55,752 nt of DNA from Actinomycetes bacterium (GTDB lineage Bacteria; Actinomycetota; Acidimicrobiia; Acidimicrobiales; Bog-793), in assembly GCA_021791795.1 (NCBI GenBank), contig JAJYVX010000003.1, forward strand, positions 1 to 55,752, given 5' to 3'. Within the stretch, counting starts at the first letter, position 1. Every line of letters begins with the position of its first letter. Below are positions 29,276 through 38,618 of this stretch, one piece after another. Made by a program: the position numbers and the translations under genes. Below the pieces are notes generated by a model. It had not been told where the DNA came from. It did no database searches and saw only the letters and a program-made list of their open reading frames with translations.

Positions 29276-30325
29276 GTGAGGCAGACGACCGCGGCTGACG
29301 GGCTGAGCGAGACGGGCGATGAGCCCGCCGCACAAGAGGTGTCCGATACCGATCTGGTCGAAGAGAACTGGCAGATCCAGTTCTCGAATGACACATACGC
29401 GTACGGGTGCATCCCTGTGCCGGTCGTCGCGGTTGGGCCCACGGGCGGGCTTCATGCCCTCGTCGTCGGGGGCAACCACGGGGACGAGTTCGAGGGGCAG
29501 ATCATCGCCCGTCGGCTTCTCTTCGAGCTCCGCAGCCGTCGTCTGCGGGGCAGGGTGACGCTGCTGCCTTCCCTCAATTTCCCAGCGGTCCTGGCGCAGA
29601 GCCGCACGTCCCCGGTAGACGGACAGAACCTCAACCGTTCGTTCCCGGGCGCTGCCGGCGCAGGGCCCACCTCAGCCATTGCATGGACTGTCAGCGAGAA
29701 GCTCCTCCCCCAGTGTGACTTCGCCATTGATCTCCATTCGGGCGGACTGGCTTCGCGCTGGCTGCCGAGCGGCTTCGTCCGGCTGACGTCAGCGGACTCG
29801 GTTCAGCAGCGGGAGGACAAGCTGACCGCGGCACGCCTGCTCGGCCTGTCGGACGTGCTCGTCGTGGGGGAAGGCAGCGACGACCGCTCGTTGTCGGCGC
29901 AGTGCGACCGCGCCGGCGTCCTCTCCGTCGCGGCAGAGCTGGGTGGGGGCGCCACCGTCGAGAGCGCCCTCGTCGAGCAGGTGCTCTGGGGCGTGCTTCG
30001 CCTCCTCGGGCACTGGGGCCTCCTCGAGGATGACGGGACGGCTCACGAGGACGTGCAGGCTCCACCCCGCCTGCTCGCACTGCGTGGCGGCGACCAGGTG
30101 GTGATGTCGCACTGGCACGGGATGCTCGAACCGATCTGCGAGGTTGGCGAGGAGGTAGACGCGGGTCAAGCCCTCGGGCGCCTCTACTCGCTCGAGCGGC
30201 CCGCCGCCGAGCCGACGGTGGTCCGAAGCACGTCACCCGGTGTAGTGGCCATCCGCCGGCTGCCGCCCGTCGTCGCCCCCGGGGACTACCTCTTCACAGT
30301 CGCTCCGGCCTGGAGGCCAGAGTGA
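29276..30325 (+). CDS. Succinylglutamate desuccinylase/aspartoacylase-family zinc deacylase (DoeB-like)
   Basis: ALVVGGNHGDEFEGQIIARRL zinc-binding motif, DLHSGG. About 340 aa. The start is uncertain because the AGGAGG at 29271-29276 abuts the GTG. Confidence 0.75.
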   Translation: MRQTTAADGLSETGDEPAAQEVSDTDLVEENWQIQFSNDTYAYGCIPVPVVAVGPTGGLHALVVGGNHGDEFEGQIIARRLLFELRSRRLRGRVTLLPSLNFPAVLAQSRTSPVDGQNLNRSFPGAAGAGPTSAIAWTVSEKLLPQCDFAIDLHSGGLASRWLPSGFVRLTSADSVQQREDKLTAARLLGLSDVLVVGEGSDDRSLSAQCDRAGVLSVAAELGGGATVESALVEQVLWGVLRLLGHWGLLEDDGTAHEDVQAPPRLLALRGGDQVVMSHWHGMLEPICEVGEEVDAGQALGRLYSLERPAAEPTVVRSTSPGVVAIRRLPPVVAPGDYLFTVAPAWRPE

Positions 30326-30347
30326 GAGTCGCGAGGGGTCCGGTGAG

Positions 30348-31535
30348 ATGCAGATGACACCGAGAGTTCTCATAGTCGGTGGTGGCATCATGGGTGCGTC
30401 GACTGCGTTCTTCCTGGCGGAGGCCGGACTCGGCGACTCCACTGTCGTGCTCGAGCGGGGAACGGTCGGCAACGGCTTCAGCTCGATGTCGACCGGGATA
30501 GTCCGTTGCCACTACGGCCATCCCGCCCTCGTCTCCATGGCACTGCGCAGCAGGCGCTTCTTCGAACAGTCATGCGATCTCCTCGGGGCGGACATCGGCT
30601 TCAGGCCCATCGGCTACGCCTTCGGCGCGGGAGCCGTCGACGAGGACGCTCTGCGGCGGAACGTGGAGTTGCAGCAGTCGCTCGGCGCCGAGGTGGACAT
30701 CGTCCCAGTCGAGGAGATCGCCGCATTCTGGCCGGGAATCGAGTCCTCGGGCATCAGTCTCTTCGCCTTCGAGGCGGGTGGCGGATACGGCGACGGGTAC
30801 CTCACAACCCAGGGCATGGCCGCCGCGGCGCGCTCGAGAGGTGTCGACATCCGCCAGCGCCAAGCCGTCCGGCGGCTCGTCGTCAGCTCCGACGGCGGGG
30901 AGGTGCAGGGCGTGCAGCTCGCATCGGGAGAGACGCTGTGGGCAGACATCGTCGTGGTGGCAGCCGGGCCGTGGTCGGTCTCGCTGTGCGACGAGATCGG
31001 TGTCGAGGTGCCGATCTCGTGCCATCGGGAGCCCAAGCTCGTGCTGCACTGGCCGGCGGCGGTCGATTCGAGGCCGGTACTGGCGGACAGGCTCCGCGCC
31101 CAGTACTTCAGGCCCGACTCACGGGACACGGTCATCTACGGCAGCACGCAGACCGACCATGTCGACCTCGTCGACCCCGATCGTTTCGACAGCTTCGCGG
31201 ACGACGACTTCGTCGACAACGCGATCACGGCCATCGATCAGCTAGTGCACAGAGACGACATCGAAATAGTGCGCAGCTACGCCGGCTGCTACGACATCAC
31301 CCCGGACCTCTACCCGATCATCGGCCGCTGCGATGTCGAGAGGCTCATCCTCTGCATGGGGTTCAGCGGACACGGCTTCAAGCTCTCGCCGGCCGTGGGG
31401 CGCCTGGTCGCCGACCTGATCGTGAACGGCGAGAGCTCCGATCCTCACGTTCCGACGGACTTCTTCGCGCTGCGGCGATTCGGCGAGGGCCGCTCCATCC
31501 GCAGCCTGAACCCCTACTCGGGGTCGAGGTACTAG
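30348..31535 (+). CDS. FAD-dependent oxidoreductase (DAO family, monomeric sarcosine oxidase-like)
   Basis: VLIVGGGIMGASTAFFLA dinucleotide fold and a GFSGHGFKLSP C-terminal motif. 395 aa. Confidence 0.85.
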   Translation: MQMTPRVLIVGGGIMGASTAFFLAEAGLGDSTVVLERGTVGNGFSSMSTGIVRCHYGHPALVSMALRSRRFFEQSCDLLGADIGFRPIGYAFGAGAVDEDALRRNVELQQSLGAEVDIVPVEEIAAFWPGIESSGISLFAFEAGGGYGDGYLTTQGMAAAARSRGVDIRQRQAVRRLVVSSDGGEVQGVQLASGETLWADIVVVAAGPWSVSLCDEIGVEVPISCHREPKLVLHWPAAVDSRPVLADRLRAQYFRPDSRDTVIYGSTQTDHVDLVDPDRFDSFADDDFVDNAITAIDQLVHRDDIEIVRSYAGCYDITPDLYPIIGRCDVERLILCMGFSGHGFKLSPAVGRLVADLIVNGESSDPHVPTDFFALRRFGEGRSIRSLNPYSGSRY

Positions 31536-31614
31536 CCGTGGCCAGGCCCGCAACCACCCCCGACCTTCGCAATCGCTCGATCGAGACCAGGGAGGGCGCC
31601 GCGAAGCGTTCCGG

Positions 31615-32817
31615 GTGTCGGCGGTCGTGACCCTCGGTGAAGCAGCCGCGCACCCGGTCGGACGGCGCCTCCTCGCCGAGGTGAGCGTCAGTACCGTGCT
31701 CGGCGCACTGCCCGGATTTCTCTTTGCTGCCTGCTACGTCTCCGAACGCCAGAGCCTCGGGTCGAACGGCGGGCTCCCCCTCGCACTCACGATCTCGGGC
31801 ACAGCTCTCGGCGGAATCATCGGCGGCATCCTCGGCGGCAACCTCGTGAACCGCCGTGCAGGCTCGAAGGCTCTCCGCTTTGCCGTCTGCGCGATCGGGA
31901 CCGCTCTTCTCGCGGCCGGAGCCAGCAGAGACTGGGCCGAGCTGGGGCTGCTCGTCGCTGTCACGGGTGTGGCTAGCGGTGTCGCTCGGGCGGTCGGTAC
32001 CGCGGTGCTCGCCACAGCGGCAGGGGGCAGGTCACTCCCGACCTACATGAGCGTGCGACAGGCGTTCGTACCTGCCTCCCTCGTGATCGCCGGCCTTGGT
32101 GCCGCGGCGAGCGCCGAGCTCATCGGATGGCGCTGGACCTACGTCGGGGTCGGATTCGTCGCTTTCGCCGCCGGATCATGCATCCGGACCAGCCTGCGCA
32201 CGATGCCGGTGAGCGAGAAGAGCGGGCCGCACTCACGGCTTCCGATGGCCGTACTTGCGACGGCCGCTCTCGGACTCGCTCTCGGCCTGCTGGCCGAAGA
32301 GGTGCTCAGCACCTACTGGGTCGTCTCCGCCGTCCACGACGGCGTGAGCGTGGCGAAGGCCGGTGTGCTCATCTCTCTCGGCGGCCTGCTCGCGGCCACC
32401 GCGAGAGTGTTCTCGGGGGTAGGCGCCTCTCGCGCCGGATCGCGCGAGTTCACCATCTCTGGTGCTTCGCTCGTGCTCGGGAGCACGGGCCTGCTCTTCA
32501 TGGCCGTCGGTACGCCGGCGGCGGCAGTCGTCGCCCTCGTCGTCGGCTTCGGCATCGGATGGTCGTGGAACGGAGTCGCGGCGGCAGGCCTCGTTCGCCT
32601 GTGCCGCGAGCGGCTCGGGCTCGCCGCTTCGGTGGAGCAGGTCAGCCGTCAAGCCGGCAACCTGGTGGCGCCGCTCTTCTTCATCTGGCTGCGGAACGGC
32701 TTCGGGCAGCGGTCGGCCTGGCTCTTCAGCGCGGTCGGCTGCGCCGTAGCAGGAGGGCTGCTCATCCTAGCTGGGCGCACCGGCCGATTGCGGCCGGTGC
32801 TAGCGGTCGGGGACTAG
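31615..32817 (+). CDS. MFS-type transporter
   Basis: About 12 hydrophobic segments across 400 aa with short basic loops. The call rests on composition only. Confidence 0.65.
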   Translation: MSAVVTLGEAAAHPVGRRLLAEVSVSTVLGALPGFLFAACYVSERQSLGSNGGLPLALTISGTALGGIIGGILGGNLVNRRAGSKALRFAVCAIGTALLAAGASRDWAELGLLVAVTGVASGVARAVGTAVLATAAGGRSLPTYMSVRQAFVPASLVIAGLGAAASAELIGWRWTYVGVGFVAFAAGSCIRTSLRTMPVSEKSGPHSRLPMAVLATAALGLALGLLAEEVLSTYWVVSAVHDGVSVAKAGVLISLGGLLAATARVFSGVGASRAGSREFTISGASLVLGSTGLLFMAVGTPAAAVVALVVGFGIGWSWNGVAAAGLVRLCRERLGLAASVEQVSRQAGNLVAPLFFIWLRNGFGQRSAWLFSAVGCAVAGGLLILAGRTGRLRPVLAVGD

Positions 32818-32824
32818 AGGTCGC

Positions 32825-34033
32825 ATGAACGAGAACCGGCCCGAATCGGCTGTACGTACCCGACTGGAATCGGCACGCCCCGTGTTCGTCCGGACACAGC
32901 TGCTGGGTGACGTCATCGGGCGGCAGCGCCGGATTCTCCATGCCGGCCCGCCGTTCACCGAGTCGCAGGAGATCCCTCCACCAGTCATGAACTCGGCCGT
33001 GCTGGGCTGCCTCTTCGAAGGATGGGCCCCCGATCGAGAGGCGGCAGCGAACGCCATCCGGACGGGAGAGATCCCCCTCGAGTCAGCTCAGGACAATGAC
33101 GTCCTCGTGCCTCTCGCCGGAGTCGCGACGCCGTCCATGGCCGCACACGAGGTGGTCGACGCAGCAGCAGGAAGCCGTTCCGCCCATGTCGTCGTGAACG
33201 AGGGCAACGAACGTGCCCTCCGGCTCGGCCGCTTCGACCCCGCCCTCGTGGCGCATTGGCGATGGCTGTCGAGCGAGCTGGCCGGATGGCTCGACGAGAC
33301 GGTTCGGCAGGAGCCCGTCGACCTGTTGCCCCTTGCCGATGAGTCCCTCTTCAGAGGCGACGACTGTCACAGCGTCACGACTGCAGGGTCGCTGCTTCTG
33401 GTGGCACACCTGACGAAGCGCAGACCGCCGCCGGCGCGGGTACGAGACTTCCTCGCCGGAGCGAGCGCCTTTGCGCTCAACCTCTGGATGGGTGCTGCGT
33501 ACTGCGTACTCGGATCCGTGCTCGGGAGCGAGACACCGGACGTGGTCGTAGCCGGCGGGGGCAATGGGCTGCAATTCGGGATCCAGGTCGCCTCGCAGCG
33601 AGGCACATGGGTGACGGAGGAGGCGCAGCCGCCTGGCGGTCCAGCCCTGCCCGAGGGGACGAAGGTGCTCGGCGCCATCGGTGACAGCGCGGTAGTCGAC
33701 CTCTTCGGCCTGGGAGGGATGTCGATCCGTCCTCAGTCGACGGTCCCGGCCGCCTCCCTTTTCGAAGAGCGGTGGCACGACATGGCGGAAAGAGTTCTGA
33801 CCATCCACCATCCCGCCTTTGGCAGAAGTGGTCAGGCATGTGGATTGTCGGTCAACCGCGTGGTGGACACGGGCGTGCTGCCGCGTATCGTGCTCGGCCA
33901 GATCGACGCGCGGGGCGAGGCCGGCCGCGTGGGCGGAGGCGTGTTCGTGCCGACGATGTCTCTGTTCGAGCGTGCGCAGCGGTCCGTCCTTCTGATGCAG
34001 AGGGGAGGAGACGATGGCGAGACTCGAGGTTGA
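32825..34033 (+). CDS. DUF1116-family protein (YlbE/AllG-like)
   Basis: ILHAGPPF...VLGCLFEGWAPDREAAANAIRTGEIPLESAQDNDVLVPLAGVATPSMAAHEVV...NEGNERALRLG resembles the conserved DUF1116 core as I recall it. 402 aa. Confidence 0.6.
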   Translation: MNENRPESAVRTRLESARPVFVRTQLLGDVIGRQRRILHAGPPFTESQEIPPPVMNSAVLGCLFEGWAPDREAAANAIRTGEIPLESAQDNDVLVPLAGVATPSMAAHEVVDAAAGSRSAHVVVNEGNERALRLGRFDPALVAHWRWLSSELAGWLDETVRQEPVDLLPLADESLFRGDDCHSVTTAGSLLLVAHLTKRRPPPARVRDFLAGASAFALNLWMGAAYCVLGSVLGSETPDVVVAGGGNGLQFGIQVASQRGTWVTEEAQPPGGPALPEGTKVLGAIGDSAVVDLFGLGGMSIRPQSTVPAASLFEERWHDMAERVLTIHHPAFGRSGQACGLSVNRVVDTGVLPRIVLGQIDARGEAGRVGGGVFVPTMSLFERAQRSVLLMQRGGDDGETRG

Positions 34034-34271
34034 CCGTGGCCAATGCCAGGGACACGGCCAATGCGTGATAGCTGCGCCGGAGCTCTTCGAGCTGGACGAC
34101 GACGGCTTGTCACGGGCGCTGCGGAACGAGGTGACCGGCGAAGACATCGGGGCGGCAAGGTCTGCAGAGCTCGTCTGCCCCGTCTCTGCCATCCGGTTCA
34201 CCCCTGAACCGCCCCGGACGAGCGGAGTGCCGAACGAAGGACCTCTCACAGGACGAGGAGGAGAGCGATGA
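34014..34271 (+). CDS. Small [3Fe-4S]-type ferredoxin
   Basis: CQGHGQC...CP (CxxHxxC...CP) cluster motif. 85 aa. AGGGGAGGAG RBS. Overlaps the upstream gene by 20 nt. Confidence 0.8.
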   Translation: MARLEVDRGQCQGHGQCVIAAPELFELDDDGLSRALRNEVTGEDIGAARSAELVCPVSAIRFTPEPPRTSGVPNEGPLTGRGGER

Positions 34272-34876
34272 CAAAGAGCGTCATTGGCGGGACGGTGGAG
34301 TGGACGGGAGACAATCCCTTCATCTATCTCGCTCCCGAGGACGGGGGAGGCTGGGCGAGCCTCTCGCTCATGTTCCGCATCGCCTGGTCGCCACTCGGCT
34401 CCGGCAACGCGATCCTCGTACTCGAGGCACCAGGGCAGATGACAAACCGCGACGCGGCACCTGCTTTCTGCGCGAGCGACAATGAGCCGCTGGCGAGAGA
34501 TCTGGTCGAGAGGTTCGTCCCTCGTTTCGGCGTCTTCCGGGAGGCGGGCGCTCTCGGGCTGTTGCAGTTCGTAGCGGCCCATGACTTCCACTGCGGCGAT
34601 GACTTCGACGCTTCGTATGTGGCGAAGTGCAACACGGACGAGTACGGCGTCGTCGCCCTCACCTGGCGGCGGCTTCGTCCCCCCTTTGCCGTCGACGCGC
34701 CTCCGGCGGAGACCGCCACCGGGCAACACGTCATGTTGAGCGTGTTCAGGCCGGCCGACGATGCCTCCGTCGTCGTGGACGGCCGCGAACAGCCCGGTCA
34801 GCTGAAAGAGCGGGACTTCTTCGGCGGCCGGAGCATGTCCGCCGGATTGGCCTTCTCCGAGACCTGGATCAGCTGA
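34268..34876 (+). CDS. Hypothetical protein, no recognisable domain
   Basis: ATGA overlap with the ferredoxin gene, GGAGGAG RBS, GC3-biased codon usage, non-repetitive 202-aa product. The stop directly abuts the next GTG start. Confidence 0.6.
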   Translation: MTKSVIGGTVEWTGDNPFIYLAPEDGGGWASLSLMFRIAWSPLGSGNAILVLEAPGQMTNRDAAPAFCASDNEPLARDLVERFVPRFGVFREAGALGLLQFVAAHDFHCGDDFDASYVAKCNTDEYGVVALTWRRLRPPFAVDAPPAETATGQHVMLSVFRPADDASVVVDGREQPGQLKERDFFGGRSMSAGLAFSETWIS

Positions 34877-35377
34877 GTGACAAGCCGCGACCTGAACGAC
34901 GCTGCCGAGGACGGCTTTCACGGCCGTCTACGCCAGGTGACACGAATTCAGCTCTCGCCGGAGACCATGCGGACCGCTGGCATGTTGCGACTGGAGGCAC
35001 TCTCCGCCGGCACCGTCGGATCGCGCAACCTGTGGATGGGTGAGACTCACGTTGCGCCGCTGACGGGGTCCGGCGTACATCATCACGGTGAATCCGAGAC
35101 CGGTATCTACGTGCTGTCGGGCAGACCGGCGTTCGTCTTCTTCGACGGTGACGCGCTGCTTCGGCTGGAGGCTTCTCCGGGCGACTACATCTACGTGCCT
35201 CCCTGGGTCGCTCATCAGGAGCTGAATCCTCATGGGTCCGAGGAGGCGGTCGTCGTCATCGCCCGCAACACGCAGCAGGCGATAGTCGTGAACCTAGACA
35301 ACGTCGCCTGGAAGGACTCCCTCACAGTCCCATGGGCGAGAACAACTGAAGTTCCCGCTGAAGGGACTGCGTCGTGA
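34877..35377 (+). CDS. Cupin-domain protein
   Basis: GVHHHGESETGIYVLSG...GDYIYVPPWVAHQELN, a two-motif cupin metal site. GTG immediately follows the upstream TGA. Confidence 0.8.
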   Translation: MTSRDLNDAAEDGFHGRLRQVTRIQLSPETMRTAGMLRLEALSAGTVGSRNLWMGETHVAPLTGSGVHHHGESETGIYVLSGRPAFVFFDGDALLRLEASPGDYIYVPPWVAHQELNPHGSEEAVVVIARNTQQAIVVNLDNVAWKDSLTVPWARTTEVPAEGTAS

Positions 35378-36669
35378 CGACGGTCATCTCGTCGGAGAGC
35401 GCGCGTTCAGCCGTCGAGGAGATAGCCGCCGTCGCATCGCGACGGAGCACGGTCGTCGATCTTGCGCGTGCCGCTCTGTCGCGGGCGGGCGAGGTCGAGG
35501 ACCGCATCCACGCCTTCTGCTGTCTCGACGAGCAGGTGGTGCTCGAGAGCGCGGAGGCCATCGATCGACATGGCGACAAGCCACTGAAGGGCCTCGTGGT
35601 CGGGGTGAAGGACGTCATCGACACTGCCGCCATGCCGACGTGCTACGGCTCTCCCCTGTTCGCCGGCCATCAACCGGCTCATGACGCCGACATTGTCGCG
35701 ACCATCCGCCGGCTCGGTGGGCTTGTCCTCGGCAAGACGTCCTCGACCGAATTCGCCATGTTCGAGCCAACCGACACCCGCAATCCAGTCGACCTCACCA
35801 GGACTCCCGGCGGGTCGTCAAGCGGCTCGGCTGCTGCCGTCGCGGCCGGAGTGCTCCCGGTCGCCCTCGGTACGCAGACCGCCGGCTCCGTCGTGCGCCC
35901 TGCCGCCTACTGCGGGATCTACGGGTTCAAGCCGTCGAGAGGGTGGACGTCGACACAGGGGGTCTTCCCGCTCGCGAGCTCGCTCGACACGCTCGGAATC
36001 CTGGCGAGGAACATCGGCGACTTGCGCCTCGTCTACGAGGCGACTCGCTCGTCTCCACCGCCCATGAGGCGGGACCGGAGGGAGTTGCGCACGGTGGCTG
36101 TCCTCCCGGCGACCGAGTGGGGAGAGGTCGAACCCGAGGTCCTCGACGCTCTACATGCCGCGTCGAGGCGCCTTCAGGCGCACGGCTTGGCAGTGATGGA
36201 TCTGGACATGCCTCCCGACTGGGTCGCTCTGCCTTCCCGACACGAGACGGTGATGGCATTCGAGACGGCGAGATGCCTCCGGCAGCTGTTGGGTGACCGA
36301 GTGACGGAGATCTCCCCGAGCTCACGCAATGTTGTCGCGAAGGGCGAGACCACCCCAAGAGAAGAGTACGAGGCATGCCTCGAGGCTGCTCGACGAGCAA
36401 CCGAAGTCCTCGGACATCTTTGCCAGACGGTCGACCTGTTCCTCACTCCGAGCGCGCTCGGAGTCGCGCCGAGCGGGCTCGACTTCACGGGCGACCCTGT
36501 GATGTGCCGGCCCTGGACCTTGATGGGGCTGCCGAGTGCGAACCTCCCGTCCTTCCGGACTGACGCCGGTCTTCCGATCGGCATCCAGGCGGTGAGCCCG
36601 GTCTGTGACGACCTCGGCTTCCTCGACGATCTCGAGCTGTTGGAGGATCTGCTCTCGGCCGAGGCCTGA
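35374..36669 (+). CDS. Amidase (amidase-signature family), second copy in the window
   Basis: VVGVKDVID and GGSSSGSAAAVAAG motifs. GTGA overlap with the cupin gene. Confidence 0.9.
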   Translation: MTTVISSESARSAVEEIAAVASRRSTVVDLARAALSRAGEVEDRIHAFCCLDEQVVLESAEAIDRHGDKPLKGLVVGVKDVIDTAAMPTCYGSPLFAGHQPAHDADIVATIRRLGGLVLGKTSSTEFAMFEPTDTRNPVDLTRTPGGSSSGSAAAVAAGVLPVALGTQTAGSVVRPAAYCGIYGFKPSRGWTSTQGVFPLASSLDTLGILARNIGDLRLVYEATRSSPPPMRRDRRELRTVAVLPATEWGEVEPEVLDALHAASRRLQAHGLAVMDLDMPPDWVALPSRHETVMAFETARCLRQLLGDRVTEISPSSRNVVAKGETTPREEYEACLEAARRATEVLGHLCQTVDLFLTPSALGVAPSGLDFTGDPVMCRPWTLMGLPSANLPSFRTDAGLPIGIQAVSPVCDDLGFLDDLELLEDLLSAEA

Positions 36670-36849
36670 CGACGTGCACGGGGCGAGGCGGGGAGCAGTC
36701 ACCAGAGCCGGGGCACCGACCGGTCGTCTTATCCCGCTGACGGCGTCATCCGGGCTGGATAGGACTGGATCGACGACCCGTGGGTGTTCGTCACGCCTGC
36801 AGCCTCACGTCACGTTTGCAGCTCCACGGTCTACGGACCATCCTCGAGC

Positions 36850-37644
36850 TCATCCGCGCTCGGCATACGAACCGTGAATGTCGGTCACGGCCTCGACGAG
36901 CGCGTCGACCACCACCCGAAGGAAGCGCTCCCCCGCCTCCTTGGAGGCCACTGAAGGATCTCCGAAGATGGACGGATGCCCGTCCTCTGGGTGAGGATGG
37001 GCCCCGTAGCTGCGCACCGGAGTTCCTGGTGCCACGAGGTCCCAGCCGACGAGCGGCGGTCTTACGCCCTCGAGACGCTCGAGGTGCACCAGCTCCGGCC
37101 GGAGCGCGAGCTGCACGGAGGTCTCGAATTCACCGCCGTGACCCATCCCGCCGACCGCAGAGCGCCGCAGCTCGTGGATCGCCGATGCCCCTGGTTCCCA
37201 GTAGCTGACCGCAGCGACCAAGAGGTCGCCGTCGTCGGCATGCGCGTCGGAGACCCGTCGGGCGGCTACATCGTTCGCAGTGCCGTTCGGCCGATTGCCG
37301 TTCAGGAGCAGGATGCGTTTGAAGCCTGCCCCGACGAGGGACTCGCACACTTCGACCACCACTTGCTGGTACGTCTCGGCAGAGAGGGAGATCGTGCCGG
37401 CGAAGCTGGCGAACGTCGCTGAATAGCCGTAGACGACTGGTGGCGCCACGAGGGCGCCGATCCTTTCGGCGAGCAGCAGGGCGATCGTCTCCGCCTGGTG
37501 AGTGTCGGCGTCGAGGGGCAGATGTGGCCCGTGTGCCTCCACGGCGCCGGTCGGGACGATCACGAGACGGCGCTCTTCCATCGCCCGTATGGCGTCGGTC
37601 CAGGTCAGGTTCCCCAGGCGATGCTCGAAGTGCGTCGCTTCCAC
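36850..37644 (-). CDS. Creatininase-family amidohydrolase
   Basis: LVIVPTGAVEAHGPHLPLDADT motif. GTG at 37644 with GAAAGGAA RBS. The ORF-track TTG at 37674 is the alternative start. Confidence 0.85.
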   Translation of the reverse strand: MEATHFEHRLGNLTWTDAIRAMEERRLVIVPTGAVEAHGPHLPLDADTHQAETIALLLAERIGALVAPPVVYGYSATFASFAGTISLSAETYQQVVVEVCESLVGAGFKRILLLNGNRPNGTANDVAARRVSDAHADDGDLLVAAVSYWEPGASAIHELRRSAVGGMGHGGEFETSVQLALRPELVHLERLEGVRPPLVGWDLVAPGTPVRSYGAHPHPEDGHPSIFGDPSVASKEAGERFLRVVVDALVEAVTDIHGSYAERG

Positions 37645-37694
37645 TTGTGTTCCTTTCGGGGTCGGGGGTGTCAAGGATCGAGGCGGAGTCCCGG

Positions 37695-38618
37695 TCAGTC
37701 TCCGCCTCTTCGATCCGGATCAAGAAGCGGATGAGGAAACGGTGCGACCGCCGCCGCAAACAGCGACTCGCCGTACCCGGCGTACATGCGCAGGTTGCGA
37801 TCGGCGAGGTGGTCGAACAGTTGCGGGTGACTCGAACCGGGGGCGACGGAGGTGAACTGCTCGCCGTCGAGCGTGGCGGTGACCCAGCCCTCCTGGCTGG
37901 TCCCCCTCGCGAGCACCGCAGCAGTAGGGCCGACGACGAGTGAGTTGCCGAAGTAGATCACACCGGCCGGATCGCGTCCCACGGCGTTCGCCGCCACGAC
38001 GAAGACGTGGTTGTCGTAGGCGCGCGCCCGAGTCGTCAGCTCGAAGATGTCGGCGGGTCGCAAGAAGGCCGACGGTCGCACGAGGACCTCGGCCCCGAGC
38101 ACGGCGGAGACCCGGGCGAGCTCAGGGAAGTCGCCGTCGTAGCAGATCATCGTCCCGACTCGACCGAGCTCCGTCTCGAGCACGCTTGCCCTGTCACCGC
38201 TCGTCACCCAGCCGCCTCCATCGATCCGCTCGCCGGCGAAGAGGTGCGTCTTGCGATATGCGCCGAGCATGCCTCCCGGGCCGAAGAGCGCGGCGGTGTT
38301 GTAGACGATCCCTTCGCTCGGGCCGCGCTCGTAGGTTCCGGCGACGACGTGCACCCGGAAGCGCTCGCAAGCCTCGGCGATGGGGTCGGTGACAGCTCCG
38401 GGGACGTTGCTCAGGAGGCGCCACAGCCGGCTCGGGGTGACACCGGGGGTGAACCCGGTCGACACGGCCTCCGGCAGCACGAGCAGCTCGGCTCCGGTCT
38501 GCTCCACACAACGGACGACCCATTCCGTCGCCCGCTCGACATTCCTTGCGATGGCGCGGGCGTTGAGCGCATTCGACTCGGGGGCGACCTGCAGCGCGGC
38601 CGCTACGCAACGCCTCAC
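37695..38618 (-). CDS. Carbon-nitrogen hydrolase (nitrilase superfamily; carbamoylase/amidase-like)
   Basis: LLVLPEA (Glu) and GTMICYDGDFPE (Cys) motifs. The GTG at 38618 overlaps the upstream stop as GTGA. The 428-aa ORF in the track is an Arg-rich artefactual extension. Confidence 0.85.
   Translation of the reverse strand: MRRCVAAALQVAPESNALNARAIARNVERATEWVVRCVEQTGAELLVLPEAVSTGFTPGVTPSRLWRLLSNVPGAVTDPIAEACERFRVHVVAGTYERGPSEGIVYNTAALFGPGGMLGAYRKTHLFAGERIDGGGWVTSGDRASVLETELGRVGTMICYDGDFPELARVSAVLGAEVLVRPSAFLRPADIFELTTRARAYDNHVFVVAANAVGRDPAGVIYFGNSLVVGPTAAVLARGTSQEGWVTATLDGEQFTSVAPGSSHPQLFDHLADRNLRMYAGYGESLFAAAVAPFPHPLLDPDRRGGD

Noticed and set aside
36670-36849. 180-nt convergent spacer inspected for a tRNA, a small RNA or a strong terminator.
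   Set aside because: Only short palindromes were found (CGACCGGTCG, TGACGGCGTCA), with no usable loop or cloverleaf potential. Nothing could be supported.
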